64,000 nt of DNA from Bryobacterales bacterium (GCA_965261065.1 OZ253444.1:3526382-3590381); one strand, 5' to 3'. Shown: positions 42,844 through 52,818, counted from the first letter of the stretch. Program-made: numbers and translations. Notes: generated from the sequence alone by a model not told the origin.

Positions 42844-44499
42844 CTACATCGGTTCGGCAGGTTCTGGAATGTAGGGCAGCTCGATCGTTACTTCGTCTTC
42901 GGCCGACAAGCTCAGGCGCTTGCCGGAAGCCCCGAGAGCACGACGGACTTCGGGGTCCCAGAGATCGAACGTCTCGGGGAAGGGGACTACATAGAAAGTG
43001 TAGGTGCCGGGCGGCATCCCGGGCAGTGTGAAATTCGCGTCGGCGCCGAGGCGCAGGCGGCCACGGTATTGATAGCCGTCTGTCTTCTCGGAAATCACCA
43101 TGACCCATGCCGTTGAAAGCTCCTCAGCCTCAACACCCTCCGGCGGCTTGACAGTACCGTTTACAACGGCGCCGTCGAACGCGACTTCGAGCTGGAGGCC
43201 GGAAACCGACGTGTCGGCCGGTACCGTGATTTCAGGTTTGTCGAGCCGCCGGCCCGCCAGCGTGACGGCCCGCAAGTAGCCTCCCGTGGGCAGGTTCTGA
43301 AGACTAATACGATACAGGCCCGGCAGCAGGTCGTCGATCTCGAACAAGCCGCTGGTGTGCGGGGCGGGAATGGACGCTCTGCGGCTCCACTGGTTCGCGA
43401 TCATACCGTTGAGAACTACCCGAAGCGGCCTGGGCCGTTCGCTGGGGGGCGAGGCTTGGTCCTCGGGCGGGTCCTGAAAGACGACCTCGCCGCTTGCCGT
43501 CAATCCGTCCGTTGTAACCAGGACGACATCGTCGGTGGCAGAATCGATCACCTGTACCGCTTGACGGGCGTAGCGCCGCTCGCCGCGCACGTGGGCGATG
43601 ATGTAGTAGGAACCGGGTGCGAGTCCGCGGAAGGAAAACAATCCTTCCGGACCGGCGATGATGTTGCCGCGGCTGTGCCTGTCGTTCCCGTCAACGCGCA
43701 GAAAACAGGGGCAGGGCTTGCCGGTCTTGCCGTCGAGCACAACCCCGCTCAAGCTGGTTTTCGGGGCCACGCCTAGCTCGAAATCCACCGCGCTGATTTC
43801 GGTGCCCCAGTTCACCCGGATGAGGGCCGCCTCGTCGGCTTCGGGTACGCCGGGGTAGAACTCGCGAGCGCTCTCGTAGTAGAGGATGCCGGGCGGGGCG
43901 GTTTCGCGGGGCGGCCACGCGCGGAGAGCGTACTTGCCTGGGGCTAGTCCGTAGATGCGGTATTCGCCGAGGTCGTTCGACGTTGCCGATCCGGCGCCGC
44001 TCCAGCGGTTGCGGTCGGGGTCGTAAGACCGGCGGTACGCCCTGACTTGCGCACCGCGCAGCGGATCGCCGTAAGCGTCGATAACGCGTCCGGTGATGAC
44101 GGCGGACGGGCGCAACTCGATTCGTACATTTTCGCGCGACTCGCCCTCGGACAGGCGGAGCGTCGCGGATGTATGGAACATGCCGCGCCGTTCGTAACCG
44201 GTCTTGTCGACCGCAAGGGAGTATCGACCCGCCGCGAAGCCCGCGAAGTGGAACCTGCCGTCGGCTGCGGTTGTGGCGCGTCGGGGGCGCGGGCGTTGGC
44301 CTCGCCCTCCGCCTCGCGACGAGTTGCCGCCGAGCATGACAGCCGCGCTTGCCAGGGGGTCGCCGGTTTTCGACGATACGACGATTCCGCCGATTTCACC
44401 GCTCGGCTCTTCCAACGTGACGGCCTCCGCGGTTTGGGCGTTGGCGATGCCGGCCACGGCCGGCAGGAGGGTTATGAGAATCAGGACCGTTTGTTTCAT
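42844..44499 (-). CDS. Secreted carboxypeptidase-regulatory-like repeat protein
   Basis: The start is ATG 44499 (MKQTVLILITLLPAVAGIANA). Repeats include GxVxDxxGxPLxxAxV and PGxYxL (GRYSLAV, GKYALRA, GSYYIIA, GLYRISL, GTYTFYV). Its ATGA overlaps the upstream gene. Confidence 0.7.
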   Translation of the reverse strand: MKQTVLILITLLPAVAGIANAQTAEAVTLEEPSGEIGGIVVSSKTGDPLASAAVMLGGNSSRGGGRGQRPRPRRATTAADGRFHFAGFAAGRYSLAVDKTGYERRGMFHTSATLRLSEGESRENVRIELRPSAVITGRVIDAYGDPLRGAQVRAYRRSYDPDRNRWSGAGSATSNDLGEYRIYGLAPGKYALRAWPPRETAPPGILYYESAREFYPGVPEADEAALIRVNWGTEISAVDFELGVAPKTSLSGVVLDGKTGKPCPCFLRVDGNDRHSRGNIIAGPEGLFSFRGLAPGSYYIIAHVRGERRYARQAVQVIDSATDDVVLVTTDGLTASGEVVFQDPPEDQASPPSERPRPLRVVLNGMIANQWSRRASIPAPHTSGLFEIDDLLPGLYRISLQNLPTGGYLRAVTLAGRRLDKPEITVPADTSVSGLQLEVAFDGAVVNGTVKPPEGVEAEELSTAWVMVISEKTDGYQYRGRLRLGADANFTLPGMPPGTYTFYVVPFPETFDLWDPEVRRALGASGKRLSLSAEDEVTIELPYIPEPAEPM

Positions 44500-46061
44500 G
44501 GCACGGCAGTGAGGTCGATCTCGATATCGCTGCCGGCTTCGACAGGGAAAGCGCGAGCCGCCGACCCGGCCTCGTCCCATACGTCGTCGCCGCGGACGGC
44601 GCGGGCGCTCAGATCCCGCCACGCACAGATGCGGTAGTCGCCGGGCACAACCTTGTCGAACGCGAACCGGCCGTTCTGGTCGGCTTGCACCGAACGGATC
44701 GCGTGCGGGCCCTTGAGCCCGACGCGAAACTGTGCCGCTTCGCGCACCTCCCCGGCCTCGCGCGGCTTCTTGACGCGCCCGTGCACTGTGGCGAAATCGC
44801 CCGAGAGGACGACCTCGATCTGCTCCACACGTCCTTCGGCCAAGTCGATCGTCCGGGCCGGCACGGGCTTGCCGTCGAGGCGCACTTCCGTGACGAAGAA
44901 GAGCGAGGGCGCGGCCCACCAGCGAGAGACGTCGACTTCGTACGTTCCGGGGGAGAGGCCCATGCTTTCAAACTCGAAGCCGGGCGGCTCCGCGTCGGCC
45001 GCGGCGACTTGCTCACCATCGCCGCCACGGAAGACCAGGTAGACCTCGCCGCTCGGCCGGCCCACGGCCAAGACATCCCGGTCGAAAACCACGCGGCCTT
45101 GCAGGCCCGTCTGCGGCCGAGGCGACAGCACCAGGTCCGAGATGTGGTCGTTGACCTCGATGGAGCCTAGAGGAACGCGCCGGGATCCGTCGGAGTCGGT
45201 GGAATCGGAACGGCGAATGTAGGCCGCGGCGTACTTGCCAGGCCTCACATTCGGGAAGGTAAAGGCGCCGCCCTGTTCGAGCCGGGCAGCCGTCCGGCCT
45301 CGTCCGCGGCCGATCAGCGCAATCATGTGGGCGCCGCTGCCGGAGTGGTCGACGCCGGTCAGACGGCCGGAGACCTTGAAAAGCTGCCGCTCTTCCGTGC
45401 GCGTGTGGAGAACGATCTGCACGCCTCGAATGTCATCGCCTTCCTCGACCTCGACCTCCGTTGGCTCAGCTTCCAGGGCTCCCCGAAAGCGCCTCGACCG
45501 GCTTCCCCGCACGCGGAGTCGGTACTCACCCGGCTCGAGGTTCGCGATGCGGAAGATGCCACGATCGTCCGAAGACACCCGGCGGCGAACGTCACGGTCG
45601 CCACTCGCCGAGGTCGTGGTCGAGAGGCTCGCGTCGCCAACGGGCTCGCCGAGTTCGTCGATCACGCGCCCGTTGATGGCGGCCGCGCGGCCCATCTCGA
45701 AATCAATCTGGGCGCAGTCTTCCGGCTGCGTGCAGTCAAGCACGACGCGGCCGCCGTTGTGACCGCCGGAGGTCTTCGTGTAGTAACCGTTACGTTCGAC
45801 GCCGAGGGCGACGCGCGGCGAGGGCAGGCCGGTGATCCAGTAGCGGCCCTGCTCGTTCGTCTTGGTAACGGCAAGGATGCCGGCGGTAGGATCGCCGGTG
45901 CGGCCGACGTCGTGGGCGATGACGCGGACGCGGGCCAGGGCGACCGTGCGTTGGCCGTTGTGCGTAACAACGCTGCCACTGACCGAGGTTTCCGCGACAA
46001 GAATACCCGCGGCGGCGAGAACCAGAACCGGTAGCAAGGCCTTGCGAAGAGGGCTTGGCAT
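44496..46061 (-). CDS. Secreted carboxypeptidase-regulatory-like repeat protein
   Basis: The likely start is ATG 46061 (MPSPLRKALLPVLVLAAAGILVA). Repeat style matches the downstream gene (GRVIDELGEPVGDASL, PGEYRLRV, PGKYAAAY, PGTYEVDV, PGDYRICA). Confidence 0.7.
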   Translation of the reverse strand: MPSPLRKALLPVLVLAAAGILVAETSVSGSVVTHNGQRTVALARVRVIAHDVGRTGDPTAGILAVTKTNEQGRYWITGLPSPRVALGVERNGYYTKTSGGHNGGRVVLDCTQPEDCAQIDFEMGRAAAINGRVIDELGEPVGDASLSTTTSASGDRDVRRRVSSDDRGIFRIANLEPGEYRLRVRGSRSRRFRGALEAEPTEVEVEEGDDIRGVQIVLHTRTEERQLFKVSGRLTGVDHSGSGAHMIALIGRGRGRTAARLEQGGAFTFPNVRPGKYAAAYIRRSDSTDSDGSRRVPLGSIEVNDHISDLVLSPRPQTGLQGRVVFDRDVLAVGRPSGEVYLVFRGGDGEQVAAADAEPPGFEFESMGLSPGTYEVDVSRWWAAPSLFFVTEVRLDGKPVPARTIDLAEGRVEQIEVVLSGDFATVHGRVKKPREAGEVREAAQFRVGLKGPHAIRSVQADQNGRFAFDKVVPGDYRICAWRDLSARAVRGDDVWDEAGSAARAFPVEAGSDIEIDLTAVP

Positions 46062-46394
46062 CGGTTGCAGGGTCGCGGCAGCGGCCGGCCTCGGCACACG
46101 GGGATGACCGGGGTGCCCGGACCGTCCGAACTAATCATACGATTGCCGGGAAGCGGCGGTTTCAGTCAAGATCGGGAGCAACTGGATTTGTCCCGAAAAG
46201 CCGCATCGTCATTGGGATCGTAACGTACATGAAATGTTTGTTTTCGCCCGTCTTGGTGCGTTATCATTGCTTATCCATTCTGGTTGAGTGGAGTCGACGA
46301 CAGCTTTCTGTCAGGGGTGAGCTGTCAGTTCCGAACTGAGGGCGGATCGTAGTGGCGTTGTCGATGTGCCGGCTCCTGCTGAGGGGGCTCGAGG

Positions 46395-47474
46395 TTGCCG
46401 CTAGTGGACTGTCGCAAAGAAAACGTAGTGGTAAACGCGCAGCCGGGCGGGCGCAGGGGCCCGCCCCTACCGTCTCGCTGGATACTCCTACAACGAAGGA
46501 ATCTCCACGATATTCCACTAGCTCATTCGTTACACTGGAAGCTCAGCCCGCTGCTGCTTCTGCTATCTTTTCTCCTGCTCTGTCCAGGTCCGGCCGTCGG
46601 CCAGGCGCCCGCCGAGCCGAACCCATACGTCAGCAGCCAGGTCTGCAAGGCGTGCCATCAGGACCTCTGGCAAAGTTTCAACCGCAATCCGCACTTCAAA
46701 TCGGTCGCTTCGGGCAAGAAACCGCCGGAGCAAACCGGGTGCGAGGGTTGCCACGGTCCTGGCGGGCTGCACGTGAAGGGAATGGGCGACAAGACGAAGA
46801 TCCGCCGTTTCCCCTTGCTACAGCCGAACGAAGTGCTCAACGAGTGCCTCGCGTGTCACGCCAAGGACTTCGGCAAGATGAACATCCGGCGGTCCTCGCA
46901 TTCGACCGCCGAGGTGAGCTGTATCAACTGCCACTCGATTCACGGTTCCCAAGAGGGACGCGCCCTGCTGGCCGACAAGCAGCGCAACGTCTGCTACGGC
47001 TGCCACATCGAGATTCGCGCTCGCTTCGACCTGCCCTTCAAGCACCGCGTCAATGAAGGCGTCATCGACTGCACCGACTGCCACAACCCGCACGGCGCGC
47101 CGATGGCGACGTGGAGTATCGCGCAGGCCCCGCGCATGGTTTCGCACGGCTTCGGCAACGACCTGCCTTGCCTGAAGTGCCACACCGACAAGCGCGGCCC
47201 GTTTGTGCACGAGCATCCCCCGGTGCGCGTGGAGGGCTGCCCGATGTGCCACGACCCCCACGGCAGCACCAATCCGCGGCTGCTGCAGCGGCCGGCGGTC
47301 TTCACGCTTTGTCTCGAGTGCCACAACAGCGTGGTCGGGTTCGGGCCGCGGATGGGCGGTATTCCCGCCCCGGGCCGGCGCTTTCATGATCTCTCCCAGC
47401 CACAGTTTCAAAATTGCGTGACGTGCCATTCGAGGATTCACGGCTCGAATACCGATCCGCTCTTTAGACGATGA
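46395..47474 (+). CDS. Periplasmic decahaem c-type cytochrome (MtrA/DmsE/PioA-like)
   Basis: Ten CxxCH motifs (CKACH, CEGCH, CLACH, CINCH, CYGCH, CTDCH, CLKCH, CPMCH, CLECH, CVTCH) sit in about 290 mature residues. The signal-like segment LSPLLLLLSFLLLCPGPAVGQA is present. The true start is unclear, and no ATG/GTG lies near the signal peptide. Confidence 0.8.
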   Translation: MPLVDCRKENVVVNAQPGGRRGPPLPSRWILLQRRNLHDIPLAHSLHWKLSPLLLLLSFLLLCPGPAVGQAPAEPNPYVSSQVCKACHQDLWQSFNRNPHFKSVASGKKPPEQTGCEGCHGPGGLHVKGMGDKTKIRRFPLLQPNEVLNECLACHAKDFGKMNIRRSSHSTAEVSCINCHSIHGSQEGRALLADKQRNVCYGCHIEIRARFDLPFKHRVNEGVIDCTDCHNPHGAPMATWSIAQAPRMVSHGFGNDLPCLKCHTDKRGPFVHEHPPVRVEGCPMCHDPHGSTNPRLLQRPAVFTLCLECHNSVVGFGPRMGGIPAPGRRFHDLSQPQFQNCVTCHSRIHGSNTDPLFRR

Positions 47475-49831
47475 CGACCCGCGGCGCATGGCTTTGCTGG
47501 CTTGCCCTTCTAGCGGCGACGCTAGTGAGGGCGCAGCCGATCATTACGCCCACGCCCGACATGCCCGACGAGATCGAAGAGGTGGGCGACTACACCATCT
47601 CGAACTCGTTCGAAGTCGGCTACCGCATGAGCAATGTGAGCGGCAACCATGACGTCTACCGCAGCAGCATCAACTTCGGCAACGGCGTGCGGTTGTTCGA
47701 AGGGCAGTTACGCATCAACTCGAAGGAAGGCAAGGGGACGCTGATCGATAACCTGTCGTTCCACACCGTCGGACAAGGCGAGGACCCCTACCAGTTCACA
47801 CGGTTCGAGATCGAGAAGAACGGCTGGTTCCGCTACGACATGCAGCTTCGCGTCAACCGTTTTTTCAACCGGCTGCCGTCGCTATGGAGCGGCGAGCGCG
47901 GGCAGTGTGTGCTGACCGGGACATGGGTAACACTTTATGCCAAGCACATAGGTAACACTTTTTCGGGCCGGCTGATGCGAAGTCTGCGCTAACTCTCGTG
48001 GAATCAGGGCACTGGCAAAGCTTTCTTCGGCCGAGGCTAGGCTGGGCCATCGCCTTGGTAAGCGGAGGAAACCAAAGGAGTTCGGCCCCGGTTCTGTCAA
48101 GGCCTCGCGCCCGCGAGCCGACAGGGGAGCCTTGACAGGTTCGGGGGCGAACTCCAGCCTTGAATAGCAAGGCGATGGTCCATGTGTTACCTATGTGCTT
48201 GGCATAAAGTGTTACCCATGTGCCCGGTCAATACCGTGGAGCGAGCGGACGTTCCAGAACCACGACCTGCGGCTATTCCCCGATTCGCGGTTCGAGATCC
48301 TGCTCGGCTATGACCGCAATTCCCAAACCGGCCCGGGTTTCAGGTCCGAAGGCATCTCGCGCGACTTTGGGGCCTTCCGCAACGAGAACTTCCTGCGGCT
48401 GACCCGCGACCTGCGCCGGCAGAACAACCAGTACCGCGCGGGCTTCGATACGCGGGTGGCTGGGCTGGCGATTACGTTCATGCAGGCTTTCGACAACTAC
48501 AAAGAGGATACGCTCTACGGAGACGGCTCGCTATCTCCGTCGCTCTCGCCAAACGTGCAGCCGGTCGAGAGCTTGCAGCGCAACGAGCCGATCCATGGCA
48601 ACACGCCGGTCACGTCCGTCGCCATCCGGACAGAGAAGGAGCACAAGATCGGCTTCCAGGGCCGCTATGTGTACGCCAGTGGCAACCGCAACTTTCTGCT
48701 TTCCGAAGACATCACGGCGATCAATTCCGACCTGAATCTGTCCAGCCTCCGGCACACCTTCATCATGGGCGACGCCCGGCGCAAGCAAGGTAGCGGCGAC
48801 TTCACCGTCGCGTTCATGCCGACCCACCGCTGGACGCTCAGCAACACGACCTCGGTCAACAATACCCGCATCAGCGGCAATTCAGCGTTTCTCGAAGTCA
48901 CCGCCTCGACCTCGCAGTTTCAGGAGTTCGAGCACCTAGGCATTCGCCACATCTCGAACGCCAGCGAGGTCAACTTCCGCGCGCACCCAAAGCTCGGGGT
49001 GTACGGCGCGTATCGTTTCTCGCGGCGGCGCATCCAGACGCGCGAGAGCTTCCACTTCCCCGACTTCGATTTCGAAGTCGATCTTTTCGAGCAAGAGAGC
49101 GACATCAACTCGAGTGTCGGCGGGTTTCGCTGGCGTCCCCGGCGAGAGTTGCGGGTATCGTTTGACGCGGAGTTCGGCGAGGCGGATCTGCCGTTTACGC
49201 CGCGCAGCGAGCGGAAGTTTCATTCGGAAACCGTTCGCGTGCAGTGGCGCAAGAACGGGTTCTTGCTCGGTGGGAACTTCAAGAGCCGCGAAAACGACAA
49301 TTCCGCGACGCTGATCACACACAGCTCTGTCGGGCGGCACTACGGCTTCAACAGCTCGTGGGTGAATCCAGACGGCAGGCTTACCCTCGACGGCGGCTAC
49401 ACCAAGGTCGAACTCGACACGGCCTCAGGCATCTTCAACTTCTTCCCCGAAGGCGAGACACCGGCGGCAAGCCGCGCCTTCTACACGATGAACCTGCACA
49501 ACGTGTATTTCAGCACTCGCATTCAACCGCGTGACCGGCTGACTCTGTACCTTGCCTACAACCTGTCGAAAGATACGGGTGATGGGCGCGGGCAGCCGAG
49601 CTTTGGGCTGGCTTGGAGCCAACCTACTCGAATTTTAGTTTCGACGGAACGAACTTCTTCAACAGCTTCCCGCTCACCTATCAGTCGCCCTCAGCGCGCG
49701 TGTCGGTGACGCTGCACGAACACCTTTCGTGGAATCTCGGCTGGCAGTTTTACAACTACGGTGAGCGCTTCGTCGGCGAGCAGAATTATCACGCCCATGT
49801 GAGCTACTCCAGCCTGCGTTGGAGTTTCTAG
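47471..49831 (+). pseudogene. Outer-membrane beta-barrel partner of the decahaem cytochrome (MtrB/PioB-like), broken by a MITE and a frameshift
   Basis: The ATG overlaps the cytochrome stop (ATGA) and is followed by signal peptide MTTRGAWLCWLALLAATLVRA. The MITE interrupts the gene at 47913-48230. The frame changes near 49580-49615. The last frame ends ...YSSLRWSF, an OMP-type C-terminal Phe. Confidence 0.6.
47913..48230. mobile_element. 318-bp MITE with the terminal inverted repeats of the IS481 element
   Basis: The ends TGACCGGGACATGGGTAACACTTTATGCCAAGCACATAGGTAACACTT and the complement at 48183-48230 match the IS481 inverted repeats at 14883-14930/16201-16248. There is no coding capacity. 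Confidence 0.85.
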
Positions 49832-49967
49832 CCGAACAACCGTGCCCCGAAAGCGAGTGCGGGGTAAATCCACCACCCGGTGGCTCAGGGGCTGGGTACC
49901 CATCCCTGGCGTTCCAGACTCGGGCGCAACGGGCCTCTGCCCGGTTGGGGTCGCAGACCCTGTCGAA

Positions 49968-50066
49968 TGTAGGGGCACGGCATGCCGTGCCCGGCGGCTT
50001 CGAACGATCGACTTGACCCGAACGCGGGTACAGCGCGTACCGTGGATCTCGGTTTTGAGATCCGCG
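49968..50066. repeat. Composite intergenic palindromic repeat, second copy
   Basis: TGTAGGGGCACGGCATGCCGTGCCC ... GGATCTCGGTTTTGAGATCC. These are the same two modules as 1611-1689, inverted. Confidence 0.6.
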
Positions 50067-50216
50067 GCCTTCCCTTGCTAGGGCGTCAGGCGTACGCCTA
50101 GGTACCAAACCTCTTTTTGCACTGGAAGTTGCGTAGGAGGGGAACTACAGGAGGCCCAACATCGCACCGCCCGCCGGCTGCCTTGGGCGAGAACCCGGCG
50201 GGCGCAGTGAATCAGA

Positions 50217-50486
50217 CTACTCGGGCGTCTTGCCGTAGTACGCCGCGTTCTTCGCGGTAAACTCGTCCCACTTCTCGGGCAGGTCTTCGAGGGCAAAGAT
50301 CGCCGAGACGGGGCAGACGGGCACACAAGCGCCGCAATCGATACACTCATCCGGCTCAATGTAGAGCATCTCCGCGGCCTCGAAATCCTCTTCGTCGGAT
50401 TTGGGGTGGATGCAGTCAACCGGACAGGCGTCAACACAAGCCGTATCCTTCGTGCCGATGCAAGGTTCCGCGATTACGTACGCCAT
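50217..50486 (-). CDS. 7Fe-type ferredoxin
   Basis: 89 aa from ATG 50486 (MAYVIAEPCIGTKDTACVDACPVDCI...CIDCGACVPVCP). Confidence 0.85.
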   Translation of the reverse strand: MAYVIAEPCIGTKDTACVDACPVDCIHPKSDEEDFEAAEMLYIEPDECIDCGACVPVCPVSAIFALEDLPEKWDEFTAKNAAYYGKTPE

Positions 50487-50672
50487 ATGAACATCGTCTC
50501 CTTGGTAGTTAGAACCGGTCAAATCCACCCGGCTCCCTACAATCAGAATAGCGGATTGTATCACAGGCCCGCAGGGCCCTAACGGCCTGGTGACGCGGGC
50601 CTCCTGGCCTGCAGCGTCGACCTCCGGGTCGACGTCTCCGCCCACATCTACCACCGGCGCCACGGGCCCTTG

Positions 50673-50750
50673 AAACCGAGCCGTGACCGTCAGGGAGCGG
50701 TCCCGCACGGCATTTTTCACAGCCTCTCAGGGAGCGGTCCCGCACGAACC
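50673..50750 (+). repeat. Dispersed intergenic repeat, copy 3, with internally duplicated TCAGGGAGCGGTCCCGCACG unit
   Basis: AAACCGAGCCGTGACCGTCAGGGAGCGGTCCCGCACG, then 17 nt, then TCAGGGAGCGGTCCCGCACGAACCC. Confidence 0.8.
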
Positions 50751-50802
50751 CCCACGCCTCAGGGAAGTCCCTGTATGAGCCCCGCTCCAAGACGCGCTTG
50801 AA

Positions 50803-51687
50803 CTACCCCGCCTTGCGGGCCTTATTGCGCGCGGGCGCGGCCTTCTTCGCCGGGACGCCCTCGGCTTGCGCGGCTGTGGCGCGGGCCGGCCCCTTCTTCT
50901 TTGGCCCCTTGTTGGACTGCGATTGGAGGCTCTTCTGGAGCGCGTCCATGAGGTCGATGACCGGCGCGAGCCTCGGCCCCTCGGTGGAGGCGGTCTCTTC
51001 GCCGGCGCGCTTGGCCTCGACCAACTCCTTGAGCCTCGCCTGATATTGATCGGTGTACTTCTCGGGCTTGAACGGAGCGGCGAGGCTTTCGATCAACTGG
51101 CCGGCGAGCTTCGTCTCGGCGGGCTTGACCTCGATGTCATCCTCCGAACTATTCCTGCCGTATTCGGCGAGCGTGCGGATCTCGTTGGGGGAGTACATCG
51201 TATGGAGCGTCAGCCCTTGCTCCCGCGCCCGGACGAGCACCGTGTACTCGCGCTGATGCATGGCCAGCTTCGCGACGGCGGCGTAGCCGGCCTGATCCAT
51301 GGTGTCGACGAGCAGATGGTACGCTTTGCGGCCGGCGTCTTCGGGAACCAGGTAATACGAGCTGTCGAAGTAGAGCGGGTCGACCTCGTCCATCTTGACG
51401 AACTCGAGGATCTCCATGCTGTCGGCCGACTGCGGCTGGACCTTCTTGATCTCCGCGTCCTCCACGAGGACATACTGGTCTTTGATGTACTGGTACCCCT
51501 TGACAATCTCGGAGCGCTCGACCGTGCAGTCACACGTCGGGCAGTACAACTGCTGGCGCACGCGCGTATGACACGTGCTGTGCAACTGGTTGAAGCTGAT
51601 TCGTTCGCTGCGCGCCGCGGTGAACAGGCGCACCGGGACCGAGATCAAGCCAAAGGTAATATAGCCCTTCCAGACGGTGGCGGCCAT
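50803..51687 (-). CDS. ku: Non-homologous end-joining protein Ku
   Basis: 294 aa starting MAATVWKGYITFGLISVPVRLF, with a Ku core and a basic C-terminal tail. No ligD lies adjacent within the window. Confidence 0.9.
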   Translation of the reverse strand: MAATVWKGYITFGLISVPVRLFTAARSERISFNQLHSTCHTRVRQQLYCPTCDCTVERSEIVKGYQYIKDQYVLVEDAEIKKVQPQSADSMEILEFVKMDEVDPLYFDSSYYLVPEDAGRKAYHLLVDTMDQAGYAAVAKLAMHQREYTVLVRAREQGLTLHTMYSPNEIRTLAEYGRNSSEDDIEVKPAETKLAGQLIESLAAPFKPEKYTDQYQARLKELVEAKRAGEETASTEGPRLAPVIDLMDALQKSLQSQSNKGPKKKGPARATAAQAEGVPAKKAAPARNKARKAG

Positions 51688-51808
51688 GGAACCTCCCCTT
51701 CAATTCACCCGAGCCCAAGCGTCGAAACCGTGCGGGGGGCGGCCGTGGGGGCTCGATATCCTCCTACGATCCTAGACCAGGTTGGAAGTTCCTGCAACCA
51801 TTGGGGAA

Positions 51809-51845
51809 AAACCGAGCCGTGACCGTCAGGGAGCGGTCCGGCACG
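51809..51845 (+). repeat. Dispersed ~37-nt intergenic repeat, copy 4
   Basis: AAACCGAGCCGTGACCGTCAGGGAGCGGTCCGGCACG. Confidence 0.85.
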
Positions 51846-52041
51846 AACCCTCACACGCCTCGGAAGGCTCTATCCTTAGGGGTAGGGCCGGACACGAACC
51901 CCACGCTTTGCGGGCGCTGAACCTCAAACGAAAATTCCCACCCTAGCTCGCAGCCTACTCGCGCTGGCCTGCCTCGCTGCGCCCGCGCAAGCCCAATCCG
52001 ACGAACGGCGGGAGCAACTCGCCGAGCACATCCGCGCGGGC

Positions 52042-52551
52042 TTGCAAGCCCGTGACGAGCATCGCCTAGACGCTGCGGCGCTCGAATTCGAAGCGGCCCT
52101 CGCCCTCGCTCCCGACGTGGCCCAACTTCATGCCAGCCTCGGCCTGGTGCGGCACCGGCAGGGCACCTTGACGCCCGCGGTCGAGTCCTTTCGCCGGGCC
52201 CTCGAGTTGAAGCCCGATCTCGGCGGCGTGCACGGCCTACTGGGGTTCGATCTGCTGATGCTCGGCGAGTTCGAAACCGCGCTGGGACATCTCGAGAAAG
52301 GACAACAGGAAGATCCATCGAACCTCGAAGTGCAGTCCTGGTTGGGCCTGGCGTATTTCGAGACAGGCCAGCACCAGAAGGCGATTGCGACCTGGGAGTC
52401 GGTGTGGGAGTCGAAACCCCGCGACCTGAACGTCTTGCTGTATCTCGACAAGGCCTACAAGGCCGTGCTCGGCAAGCTGCTCGAGCTCTTCGACGACGTT
52501 CCCGGCCCTGAGCTGATCGTGTGTGACATGTTCTCGGGCTGGGTCTCCTAG
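52042..52551 (+). CDS. TPR-repeat protein fragment (probable gene remnant)
   Basis: The TPR-like helices include ALELKPDLGGVHGLLGFDLLMLGEFETALGHLEKG. The upstream in-frame stretch encodes a signal-like KIPTLARSLLALACLAAPAQA but has no canonical start. A TAG at 52549-51 is followed in frame by one FG-GAP-like unit. Confidence 0.45.
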   Translation: MQARDEHRLDAAALEFEAALALAPDVAQLHASLGLVRHRQGTLTPAVESFRRALELKPDLGGVHGLLGFDLLMLGEFETALGHLEKGQQEDPSNLEVQSWLGLAYFETGQHQKAIATWESVWESKPRDLNVLLYLDKAYKAVLGKLLELFDDVPGPELIVCDMFSGWVS

Positions 52552-52818
52552 GCCGATCCCGATGCGCCCGACTCGAAACTGGAAGGCTTGGCCCGCCTGT
52601 CGAACCCCGACCACGCCGAAGCAGTCGACCTCGACCAGGACGGCCGCATGGACCTGATAGTGGCCGATCTCGGCGAAGTGATGCCGCTTCAGGGCGATAG
52701 CGCGGTTGATTTGCCCCTCACTCGCGTTCGGGGCTCGGTTGCCTTAACTTGACACCCCGGTCCGAATCACGCTTAGATCAGACGGCACACGTAGGCCAAG
52801 TGAGGAGTTCCGAAATCA

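Noticed and set aside
47885-48250. Similar sequences flanking the MITE (TGGAGCGGCGAGCG on the left, TGGAGCGAGCG on the right) as a long target-site duplication
   Set aside because: They are not identical, they lie at different distances from the element ends, and they may simply reflect a repeated peptide motif (LWSGER / PWSER).
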